A DNA stretch of 42,402 nt, taken from contig DASCOB010000034.1 in assembly GCA_036011785.1 (NCBI GenBank), positions 1-42,402 on the forward strand, given 5' to 3'. Source of the stretch: Anaerolineales bacterium (GTDB lineage Bacteria > Chloroflexota > Anaerolineae > Anaerolineales > UBA11657). The notes under the pieces are model-generated. The model was not told the DNA's origin and ran no database searches. It saw nothing but the letters and a program-made list of their open reading frames with translations. Below, piece by piece: positions 8,965 through 17,043 of this stretch (the first letter of the stretch is position 1; every line of letters begins with the position of its first letter). A program made the position numbers and the translations under genes.

Positions 8965-10584
8965 ATGCCAATATCGTTGGATGGACATCTGTACTTCAAG
9001 CGATTGAGTGTCCTGTGGAAGCGCACGGCCCATTCCGTTGCTACCTCTCTCCGAGAAACGGAGGAACTGCATAAAAGGGACTTTAATGTGGCCTTAAAGC
9101 TGTTCATATCTATATTTCTCATATCTGCGTTTTTCGTAGAAGTTGAAGTCCACACGCATGATTTGCACAGGCATGCTGACCTAGTGCTCGCAATCGCTGA
9201 ATATGGAACATTCGATTTGAACCGCGTAGCTAATGAGGTATATGCTCCCGTATATGGGAGTGGTCCAATTGAGGCCATACGCCACCAGGGCAAGAGTTAC
9301 ATTGATATTAGCCCAGGCGTTGCTTTCTTAGCCGCGCCCTGGTACAAGGTTGTGCGTCTCAGTCTTTCTCTAAACGAACTGACTGATTCACTGATGCAGA
9401 TGCCGGAGATCAAGCTTGCGGTTGCCGAAGTGACAGCCAATCTGGCGACCGCTGCTCCTCTCGCAGGCCTGCTAGTTGCGAGCATATTTCTATCCCTTCG
9501 GAGAATGGGCCAAGGAACTCAGAAGAGTCTGTTCTTTGCAATCATGTTTTATTTTGGAACTATGGTTGCTTATGGCTCTAAAGGTGGCAACAACGGTCAG
9601 ACAATGGCGGAGACGGGTTTGGTGTTTACGTCCTTCTGCCTGATCTTGATCAGTACCCGTAGTCGTCACAAATGGTTGGTATTGTTAGCAAGTGGTATTT
9701 TGGTTGGTTATTCAGCTACGGTTAACCATAGCGGTTTTCTCAGCATTCCCGTCGTGGGTTTGTTGGCGCTCCTGCTATATGGGCGCGATTCTTGGCTGTT
9801 GCTGATAGGTATGGTTGCAGGGGTGTTGCCGTTAGTATTATACGAGAAATTCATTCTTGGCAGTGTGTTCGCCATAAGTGCGACGGTGGTTCAGACTTCC
9901 GGGGTTGTTGAGAACTCATCACATGGCGCATTGGCGGTATTTTCGCTTGATTTCCGAAACATGGTCCTTTTCCTGTATAGGGCAGCCTTTAGTCTTGATG
10001 CTGGTCTTTTCATATACTCGCCCTTCTTAGCAGTATTGGTTCTATCTGCCCTGAGAAATACCTCTGTACTTGCCAAGCCACTCAACAAAATTCTTTTGGT
10101 TTTTGTCGCACTATGGCTTGTGACTCTAGCACTAATACTAACTGGCTGGGAGGGGACTCACAGGAATAACATTCTCACTCTGGGGACGCAGTTTGGTGCT
10201 CCCGGGCCAAGGTATATATTGCCCATTTTGCCCTTCATGGTGTTTATGTTCGCTCAGTGCGACATCCGCAGTGCCTTTCTCACGCGACTCTTCGTTGTCA
10301 GCTGTCTTGCGAGTGTATTGATTAATGCCCCGGGGTTACTCTATACAGGATTTGCCGTCGGAAAATCCCCATTGAATTACCTAGCAATCTACCTCAAGAA
10401 CGGCTTCAGCAGTTCGCTTTACCGCGAACTCCATCACATTCTGAATTCCTATGCGGAGTTCAATCTAGATGGCTTTGGGCCCGGGGGTCTTTTCGCGATT
10501 CTGCTTACTGTACTGGCCGTCGTGTGGCTTTCTGAATGGATAATCAAGGTTTCCGGCGCAGGTCGTCGGAAATCGCGGAAATAA
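8965..10584 (+). CDS. Polytopic membrane protein, probable GT-C superfamily glycosyltransferase
   Basis: About 11-13 hydrophobic segments, an early extracytoplasmic loop, SPGVAFLAAP, GLFIYSPFL and GPRYILPILPF. The true start may be GTG 9088. Confidence 0.68.
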   Translation: MPISLDGHLYFKRLSVLWKRTAHSVATSLRETEELHKRDFNVALKLFISIFLISAFFVEVEVHTHDLHRHADLVLAIAEYGTFDLNRVANEVYAPVYGSGPIEAIRHQGKSYIDISPGVAFLAAPWYKVVRLSLSLNELTDSLMQMPEIKLAVAEVTANLATAAPLAGLLVASIFLSLRRMGQGTQKSLFFAIMFYFGTMVAYGSKGGNNGQTMAETGLVFTSFCLILISTRSRHKWLVLLASGILVGYSATVNHSGFLSIPVVGLLALLLYGRDSWLLLIGMVAGVLPLVLYEKFILGSVFAISATVVQTSGVVENSSHGALAVFSLDFRNMVLFLYRAAFSLDAGLFIYSPFLAVLVLSALRNTSVLAKPLNKILLVFVALWLVTLALILTGWEGTHRNNILTLGTQFGAPGPRYILPILPFMVFMFAQCDIRSAFLTRLFVVSCLASVLINAPGLLYTGFAVGKSPLNYLAIYLKNGFSSSLYRELHHILNSYAEFNLDGFGPGGLFAILLTVLAVVWLSEWIIKVSGAGRRKSRK

Positions 10585-10628
10585 CGTGATGCGAACAGGC
10601 GTCTCAGTAGTGAGCTTGGTGATGCTAG

Positions 10629-11113
10629 TTGGAACTCTTTTTTTTGGGGGCGCATCAAAGCGGTTCCCCGACCGTTTTCAGCCGCCTGTCGACCGAGCTT
10701 TTCTTGATTCTGCTCTTTTCGTTCGCTTCTTCGATCACATGGGGTGCTGTTGAGATCCTTTCACCGCGACGATTCGTCACCTGCGTTCTGAATGCGGATA
10801 TCGAAATTGTCGCTGCTTTCGTAATGCCTGACGCACAACGAATACACACCCGTGCGCGCTATTCTGGATGCAAATGGGATTATGGCGCTGGCAACAGATA
10901 TGAGTCCGGGCCCGGCCCGGTGCGAGGGTATGCAGTTTGCGCTGGCGCTCGGCTGCCGCAATTAGGCACGCCGGGCAGGTGGGCAGCTTGGAGGCGGGCA
11001 AGCAGGCCGAATTGCTGATTCTGGGCGCGCCGGACTATCGGCATCTGGACTATCGATTTATGGGTAACCTGGTGGGGGTTGTGATTAAGGCGGGGGAGGT
11101 GGTTGTGGGGTGA
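10629..11113 (+). pseudogene. hutI: Imidazolonepropionase (HutI) remnant with stop, frameshifts and deletions
   Basis: From 10840: EYTPVRAILDANGIMALATDMSPGPARCEGMQFALALGCRN*. Then a shifted frame from 10973: GQVGSLEAGKQAELLILGAPDYRHLDYRFMGNLVGVVIKAGEVV. A weaker LELFFLGAH (HutI TFLGAH) lies at 10629. Confidence 0.8.
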
Positions 11114-11154
11114 AGCGTAAAGCGCAACGTTTCACATTTCACGTTTTACGCTTC
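11112..11154. repeat. Inverted repeat spanning the convergent hutI-remnant and ftcd stops
   Basis: gaagcgtaaa (11112-11121) and tttacgcttc (11145-11154) are perfect 10-bp arms. Possibly a bidirectional terminator-like hairpin. Confidence 0.55.
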
Positions 11155-12628
11155 GCTCTTCCAACGCGCTCGAGCGCGTTTCCAGATCCTTCAATTGACG
11201 CAGCCATTGCGCCGCCGCGTCCTGGTCGTTCACGTCTCGGGCGTTGATGCGCACGTTCAGCGCGGCAATGCGCAGCGCGCTGCGCGCCAGATGCGCCCCG
11301 GCCGCTGCGTCGCTCCTCGCGTTGGCATTGCCGCTCTCGGCGACTTCCACCGCTAATGCTTGCAGCTGCGCGGCCTGCTGTGCGACCTGCAGCGGCACCT
11401 CTGTGGCGCGATGCAGCGCGCGCTCGATGGCGGCTGCGCGCGCGGTTTTTTCCGCATCAGATTCTTTCGGCTGGCGATAGGCGGCAATCACTGCATCATA
11501 TGCGGCCGCGTCCTGCGCCACGGCTGCCCGTAGGTCTGCGCGCAATGCTCCCGTTGCGGCGACGATTTGCGCCATGCGCTCGGCGACGGCTGCGTATTTC
11601 TTTTTACCCATCGTCAGGCGTGCGACCATGGCGACCAGCGCGGCTGCTAGTGCGCCGCTGTGGGCAGCCGCCGACCCGCCACCCGGAGTCGGCTTTCCGG
11701 CTGCCACTGCTTCGATGAAGTCCGGCGGCTGCGCAGCCGCGAACAGGCGCGTTTCCAGAATTTGATCCGCTTCGAATTGATCCAGTTGCAAATGCCATTG
11801 GGCGGCGTCAACCAGCGCGGCTTGCGGAATCAGGCCGATAAGCTCTGAATGATGGATGGCAACCCCGTGGCGGACGGTTTCACTCCGGATGGCCTCCACC
11901 ACGCGGGCGACCGGTGTGCGCGTGTAATCGGTCAGGTTCATCGAGACCTGCGCCCGGCCCTCCACCAGCATTCCCAGCGCTTTGACGTAGCGCAGCCCGC
12001 CGGACGAGTGGCGCACTGATCTGGCAATTTTGTTGGCGATCTCGACATCGGCGGTGGTCAGATAAACGTTGAAGGCGATCAGGGGAGCGCGCGCGCCGAT
12101 GACGGTGGCGCCGGCTGTACCCACTTCGCGTGGCCCAAAATCGGGGGCGCGGTCGGGGTCGCTGGCGATGCTGTCGCGGATGCCTTCATATCCGCCGCGG
12201 CGCACGTTGGCCAGGTTCTTGCGCTCGGGGCGCGTAGCGGCTTGCTCATACAGGTAAACCGGGATGCCCAATTCCGTGCCTACGCGCTGCCCGAGCGCGC
12301 GCGCCATCTCGACGCACTCTTCCATGTTGGCCCCGGCCAGCGGCACAAAGGGCACGACATCGGTCGCGCCCATGCACGGGTGTTCGCCCTGCTGCCGGGT
12401 CATGTCAATGAGCTCGGCGGCTTTGGCGATGGCGGCGAAGGCTGCTTGCGCGACGGCCTGCGGTGGTCCGACAAAGGTCAATACCGAACGATTGTGGTCG
12501 GCGTCACTGCTTCGGTCGAGCAGGGTCGTGCCGGGTACGGCACTGATTCCTTGCGCGATAGCATCTACCACTTCCGGACGGCGACCTTCAGAGAAGTTGG
12601 GGATGCACTCGACGATCGGCTGTGTCAC
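11132..12628 (-). CDS. ftcd: Bifunctional glutamate formiminotransferase / formiminotetrahydrofolate cyclodeaminase
   Basis: IVECIPNFSEGR, DADHNRSV, GEHPCMGATDVVPFVP and QVSMNLTD, then cyclodeaminase PTPGGGSAAA and NARSDA. GTG 12628 is preferred because TGTTACAAT lies at 12648-12640. Confidence 0.93.
   Translation of the reverse strand: MTQPIVECIPNFSEGRRPEVVDAIAQGISAVPGTTLLDRSSDADHNRSVLTFVGPPQAVAQAAFAAIAKAAELIDMTRQQGEHPCMGATDVVPFVPLAGANMEECVEMARALGQRVGTELGIPVYLYEQAATRPERKNLANVRRGGYEGIRDSIASDPDRAPDFGPREVGTAGATVIGARAPLIAFNVYLTTADVEIANKIARSVRHSSGGLRYVKALGMLVEGRAQVSMNLTDYTRTPVARVVEAIRSETVRHGVAIHHSELIGLIPQAALVDAAQWHLQLDQFEADQILETRLFAAAQPPDFIEAVAAGKPTPGGGSAAAHSGALAAALVAMVARLTMGKKKYAAVAERMAQIVAATGALRADLRAAVAQDAAAYDAVIAAYRQPKESDAEKTARAAAIERALHRATEVPLQVAQQAAQLQALAVEVAESGNANARSDAAAGAHLARSALRIAALNVRINARDVNDQDAAAQWLRQLKDLETRSSALEERSVKREM
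11238..11262 (+). repeat. 25-bp direct repeat, copy 2 (inside the ftcd 3' end)
   Basis: Identical to 5391-5415. Confidence 0.9.
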
Positions 12629-12791
12629 TGGAAGCTGCAATTGTAACATGGGCCCGCAGTCGCATGGGTTCTGTGGGAAGCGGTGGTGTACACCCTTGTT
12701 CGGCTCGCTTTCCGCTGGCACGTTTCTCCAAATCAGATACAATCCCAATCGGTATTGATACCGGTATACCCTCAACATCGGAGAGGGCCAA

Positions 12792-13631
12792 TTGAGCGCA
12801 TATTTCTCGCTGGAGCAATTTCAAGAAACGGTGGACGCTGTCCGCGGGCGCACAGAGCATCGCCCGACAGTAGGCATGATTCTGGGCACTGGTTTGGGGT
12901 CGTTTGCTGACGAGGTTCAGGCGGCTGACCGGCTATCTTATTCAGAGCTGCCGCACTGGCCGGAATCCACCGTGGAGGGGCATGCCGGGCGGCTGGTTAT
13001 TGGTGAGCTCGACGGCCACACCGTGCTGGTGATGCAGGGTCGGTCGCATTATTATGAGGGCTACACCATGGCGCAGATTGGCTTGCCAGTGCGGGTGATG
13101 CAGTTGCTGGGCGTGCAGACGCTTCTGATTACCAATGCCGCCGGCGGGGTAAACCCGGGATTCAATCCCGGCGATCTGATGCTGATAACTGACCACGTGA
13201 ACTTGCTTGGAATGGGAGGTCTGAACCCGCTGCGGGGCGCAAACATTGATTCTCTCGGACCGCGCTTCCCCGACATGATGGATTCTTATGACCCGGAGTT
13301 ACGCGCGATAGCCGTTCAGGCCGCCGAGGGAGCGGGCATCGGGCTCCAACAGGGCGTCTATGTCTCGCTGGCGGGACCGAATTTCGAGACCCCGGCTGAT
13401 TTGCGCTTTTTGCAGGCCATCGGTGCGGATGCGGTGGGGATGTCCACTGTGCCGGAAGTGATTGTCGCCCGGCACGGCGGCACGCGTGTTCTCGGGTTTT
13501 CCGGCATCAGCAACAAGGCCAATCTGGACGGCAAAACACCTACCACCCACGAAGAAGTGTTACAGGCAGGTCGCGTCATTGTGCCCAAACTGCTCACGCT
13601 GATTGGAGGGGTGCTGCGCGCGATGCGCTAG
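12792..13631 (+). CDS. punA: Purine-nucleoside phosphorylase (trimeric PunA/XapA type)
   Basis: ILGTGLG, STVEGHAG, QGRSHYYEG, TNAAGG, GPNFETPA, DAVGMSTVPE and HEEVL. Confidence 0.93.
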   Translation: MSAYFSLEQFQETVDAVRGRTEHRPTVGMILGTGLGSFADEVQAADRLSYSELPHWPESTVEGHAGRLVIGELDGHTVLVMQGRSHYYEGYTMAQIGLPVRVMQLLGVQTLLITNAAGGVNPGFNPGDLMLITDHVNLLGMGGLNPLRGANIDSLGPRFPDMMDSYDPELRAIAVQAAEGAGIGLQQGVYVSLAGPNFETPADLRFLQAIGADAVGMSTVPEVIVARHGGTRVLGFSGISNKANLDGKTPTTHEEVLQAGRVIVPKLLTLIGGVLRAMR

Positions 13632-13638
13632 GTGACGC

Positions 13639-14358
13639 ATGGAGCAGATTACCGCGTTCGTAGAGGGGAATGAGCGCTGGTTCTATCTATCGTTGGTATT
13701 TGTCGCGCTCTGGTATTTGCGCGCTTTCTGGGGGGCGCAACACCGCTTGCACATGGGGGCATACATTCTCGAACGCGAGACCGCTGGCCGCGAGCGTGCC
13801 TTTGCGTTGTCCATGCTGGTGTTGCTGGCGGCGGCGAGTGGATTTGTCTATATGACGGCGCAACACATCAGCCCCAACTTGGGTGTGCTTTTGTCACCGC
13901 CGATAGAGGATGAGGGTGCGGTGCTGATAACGGCGGCGCCAACGGAGACCCCGGACGTGGTGCTGCTGTTGCCCGGGCAACCCACACCCAGCCCGGTGGG
14001 AACAGCCACCCTAGCGCCGCAGAATACGCCGGTACCGGCCGCAGGCGTCGGCTGCGACAACCCACTTGCCATCATTGTTAGCCCGCTTCCGGGCGCGGTG
14101 CTCTCGGGAAAGGTGGAGGTGCGGGGCACTGCCGACATTCCTGATTTCGCCTTTTATGTGCTGGAGATTTCCACGCTGGGCGACAATTGGTTGAACGTAC
14201 TCACCCAGAGTGAGCCGGTGTCTGCGGGCATTTTGGGCGAATGGGATTCCACTCGACACGCCCCCGGAGAACACGCTTTTCGGTTGGTTGTGTACAACGC
14301 GGACGGCGCTTTTGTGGAGCCATGCGTCATCCCTGTCTCTGTCGGCGGCGCGCCATAG
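13639..14358 (+). CDS. Hypothetical membrane protein: 2 TM helices, Pro/Thr linker, C-terminal Ig-like beta domain
   Basis: Two hydrophobic helices, a PTPSPVGTATLAP linker, and a Cys-bracketed domain GCDNP...SP..G...SG.VEVRGTA...W...GEWD...FRLVVY...PC. Confidence 0.75.
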   Translation: MEQITAFVEGNERWFYLSLVFVALWYLRAFWGAQHRLHMGAYILERETAGRERAFALSMLVLLAAASGFVYMTAQHISPNLGVLLSPPIEDEGAVLITAAPTETPDVVLLLPGQPTPSPVGTATLAPQNTPVPAAGVGCDNPLAIIVSPLPGAVLSGKVEVRGTADIPDFAFYVLEISTLGDNWLNVLTQSEPVSAGILGEWDSTRHAPGEHAFRLVVYNADGAFVEPCVIPVSVGGAP

Positions 14359-14385
14359 CATTGGCAAAGTGAACGCGGGCTGGCA

Positions 14386-14394
14386 TGGTAAAAT
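14386..14394 (+). promoter_or_regulatory. Extended -10 promoter (TGGTAAAAT), probable leaderless transcript
   Basis: Exactly 6 nt separate the -10 from ATG 14401, and no SD is present. Confidence 0.6.
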
Positions 14395-14400
14395 CGTCGC

Positions 14401-14955
14401 ATGAGCGCTGCAGCCGAATCAGGCATCGTGGTGCGCCCGGTGATTGCGGCCGACATAAAGCGCATTCTGGAACTTGACCGCACTACTACCACGGACTACA
14501 TCTGGCAGATGGACTTGCGCGAGGAAGATTCGCAAACGCGAGTCACCTTTCAGCGCACGCGCCTGCCGCGCTCGATCAATATTGCCTCTCCATACGATAT
14601 AAACTTGCTGGCCGTGGATTGGAAGCAACGTGCGTTGGTGATTGTCGGCGAGGCCGCGGGGAGGCTGCTGGGCTATCTGACACTCACTCATGTGACCACT
14701 CCGCAGGTTGGCGTGATCGCCGATTTCGCGGTGGACAGACTGGCGCGGCGCAAAGGCGTGGGCACAGTGCTGCTGGGGGCGGCCAAAGATTGGGCTACCC
14801 GCGCTGGGTTGCAGCGGCTAATAATCGAAACGCAATCGAAGAATTTCCCTGCCATCTGTTTTTGCCAGCGCAATGGGTTTGCCTATTGCGGCTACAACGA
14901 TCGGTACTATGCCAGTCAGGATGTTGCGCTCTTCTTCGGCATGAAATTGCGCTGA
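14401..14955 (+). CDS. GNAT N-acetyltransferase (SatA-like fold)
   Basis: AVDRLARRKGVGTVLL acetyl-CoA motif and IETQSKNFPAICFCQRNGF. Confidence 0.88.
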   Translation: MSAAAESGIVVRPVIAADIKRILELDRTTTTDYIWQMDLREEDSQTRVTFQRTRLPRSINIASPYDINLLAVDWKQRALVIVGEAAGRLLGYLTLTHVTTPQVGVIADFAVDRLARRKGVGTVLLGAAKDWATRAGLQRLIIETQSKNFPAICFCQRNGFAYCGYNDRYYASQDVALFFGMKLR

Positions 14956-15035
14956 CTGGCCGGCAGTGCTTCTACAGCACCCTCGAACATTGATGAAAGT
15001 GGCGCTCATGTGGGTGCGCTTTTCGTTTCACTCTT

Positions 15036-16994
15036 ATGGATAATCTTGCCGGCGCGCTGGCCGTCTTCAATCAGTTTGTGGTTGTGGCGGTGGTCATCAA
15101 CGCCGCTTCTCTGCTGCTTTACACGTTTACCTTCAATCTGAAAGACCGCGTGGCGCAGGCTCTGAACGTGTTGCTTGCGTGCGTCGCGGTGGCCTACCTG
15201 GGAGACGTGGGTGCATCTGTCGCGCGAGGGGCAGCCGCTGCGGGGGCCTGGTTGCGCTTTCAATGGTTGGGTATAAGCCTGGTGCCGGCGGCCTACCTGC
15301 ATCTCTCTGACGCGCTGCTGGAAAAAACCGGAAAACCCTCGCGCGGCCGGCGTCGTTTTCTCGTGCGCTTGGCGTATGCGGGCGGTCTGGGTTCAGTCGG
15401 GTTGGCGCATTTCTCCGGACGGGTGGTGGGACAGCCGATTGTAGGGGAACGGCTGCAATGGCTGCAGCCGGGGGATTTGTTCGCCCCGTTTGCACTCGCC
15501 TTCGCGTTCGTGACGCTGGTGGCGATTGTCAATATTTACCGCGCGTTTCTGCGCTGTCTCACGCGCGCCACGCGTCGCCGGATGGGATATCTGCTCATTT
15601 CATCTCTGGCGGTGCCTCTGGGCGTCTTTCCCTATCTGATGCCGGCGGGCGCAGGCGCTGCTCAGAGTTATCCGCTGCTCTTCTGGCTGGCTGCGCTGGC
15701 GGCTAATGTAGCAGTGAGTGTGGCGCTTGTTTGGATGACCTATAGCGTTGCATTTTTCGGTGCGCCGCAGCCGGATCGGGTGGTGAAGGGACGGCTTTTC
15801 CAGTGGATATTGCGCGGCCCGATGGTGGCTTCGCTGGCGGTGGGGGCGTATGTGTTTGTGCGTTGGCTCGACCGCATCGCCGGGCTGGATTTGACCCTGT
15901 GGGTTCCCGTGGCGGTGGTGGGCGTGATACTGCTGGCTCAATATGCAATCACGGTGGTGCGGCTGCCGTTGGAACGACGGTTTTTCTACGGCAATATTAG
16001 CGACCAGGATGACGTGCAGCGGCTGCAGCTTCTGGGAGACCGTCTGTTGACAAAGGGCGATGTGCAGCAGTTTCTGGAATCGGTGCTGGCGGCGGCCTGT
16101 GACGTGCTGCATATCTCCAGCGGATTTGTGGCCGTGATGGGCCGCGCGGGTGCGCGCATCGAGGTGCGGGTCGGTTCGCGGCAGCCGCCAACCGAATCGG
16201 CCACGCTTGCAGCTATTGTCCGGCCGGATGCGCGGGATGCATCCGCTGTGGAGTTTTCGCTCTCGGCTGGGGCAGGCCGATTGGAATGGGAGGGCTACTG
16301 GATAATACCGCTGCGCGGAGAGAAACTGGCTGGAACAGCGAGGCAGGCCAGCGAGGTGCTCGGTCTGATGGGATTACATGTGCCCGGGAAGGCCATTCCG
16401 GTGCAGGGCGACGACGAAATGGAAACCCTGCAGACGCTGGTGACACGCGCCGCGACCGCACTCGAGGATCGGCGCTTACAAAGTAATGTTTTCCGGGCAA
16501 TGGGTGACCTGCTCCCGCAAGTGGATGAATTGCAGCGCATGCGCGCGGCAGCCCGCTATGCGGGCACGCGTGCGCTCGAGGCTGGTGACATTGCGCGGAA
16601 TCCGGATGCCGCCCAGTGGGTCAAGGACGCTCTCAGGCATTTTTGGGGCGGGCCGCGGTTGAGCGAGAGTCCGCTGCTGCGCCTGAAGGTGGTGGAAAAG
16701 GCGCTGAGCGAACATGATGGAAATCCGGTGAACGCACTGCGGGCGGTGTTGAAAAACGCCATTGAGCAAATAAAACCGGAGGGTCAACGCAAATTCACCG
16801 GGGAGTGGTTGCTATACAACATCCTTGAGTTGAAATTCCTGCAGGGACAGAAAGTGCGTGACGTGGCCATGCGGCTGGCTGTTTCGGAAGCAGACCTTTA
16901 TCGGAAACAGCGCGTGGCGGTTGAGGAAGTACTGAAGCGCATTGCCCAGATGGAGGTGCAAATGGACGCCTCTGGTGAAAACGAACAGCTGTGA
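15036..16994 (+). CDS. Membrane sensor-regulator: HisKA_7TM-like N-terminus, GAF-like middle, C-terminal HTH, no kinase domain
   Basis: About 9 TM helices with WLRFQWLGISLVPAAYLH. GAF-like FLESVLAAACDVL...WIIPL...LGLMGL...LVTRAATALE. HTH KVRDVAMRLAVSEADLYRKQR. Confidence 0.75.
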   Translation: MDNLAGALAVFNQFVVVAVVINAASLLLYTFTFNLKDRVAQALNVLLACVAVAYLGDVGASVARGAAAAGAWLRFQWLGISLVPAAYLHLSDALLEKTGKPSRGRRRFLVRLAYAGGLGSVGLAHFSGRVVGQPIVGERLQWLQPGDLFAPFALAFAFVTLVAIVNIYRAFLRCLTRATRRRMGYLLISSLAVPLGVFPYLMPAGAGAAQSYPLLFWLAALAANVAVSVALVWMTYSVAFFGAPQPDRVVKGRLFQWILRGPMVASLAVGAYVFVRWLDRIAGLDLTLWVPVAVVGVILLAQYAITVVRLPLERRFFYGNISDQDDVQRLQLLGDRLLTKGDVQQFLESVLAAACDVLHISSGFVAVMGRAGARIEVRVGSRQPPTESATLAAIVRPDARDASAVEFSLSAGAGRLEWEGYWIIPLRGEKLAGTARQASEVLGLMGLHVPGKAIPVQGDDEMETLQTLVTRAATALEDRRLQSNVFRAMGDLLPQVDELQRMRAAARYAGTRALEAGDIARNPDAAQWVKDALRHFWGGPRLSESPLLRLKVVEKALSEHDGNPVNALRAVLKNAIEQIKPEGQRKFTGEWLLYNILELKFLQGQKVRDVAMRLAVSEADLYRKQRVAVEEVLKRIAQMEVQMDASGENEQL

Positions 16995-17043
16995 GCGGGT
17001 GAAAGGGCGGCACGTGGATTGCACCTTTTACCATTGAGCCAGA

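Larger units (their letters stand above)
5540..10600. other. AT-rich, probably horizontally acquired glycosylation island
   Basis: Visibly lower GC and A/T-ending codons compared with the flanks, strongest at ~7450-8960. Gene remnants at both edges. No integrase or transposase seen. Confidence 0.8.

Noticed and set aside
10629-11018. 129-aa ORF as a novel small protein
   Set aside because: Overlays the decayed hutI sequence and is mostly out of frame with it.
11033-11056. Tandem ggactatcg repeat
   Set aside because: Encodes the two DYR tripeptides of the hutI remnant. Too short to be an array.
12685-12767. Palindromes ggtgtacacc and ataccggtat between ftcd and punA as HutC operators
   Set aside because: They do not fit the TGTA-N2-TACA spacing, no hutC is nearby, and 10-bp palindromes occur by chance.
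12629-12778. 50-aa N-terminal extension of FTCD in the ORF track
   Set aside because: FTCD homology begins at IVECIPNFSEG, and the extension spans the divergent promoter region.
14401-14955. GNAT as a streptothricin-resistance gene
   Set aside because: Only fold-level similarity, in a core-genome context with host-like GC.
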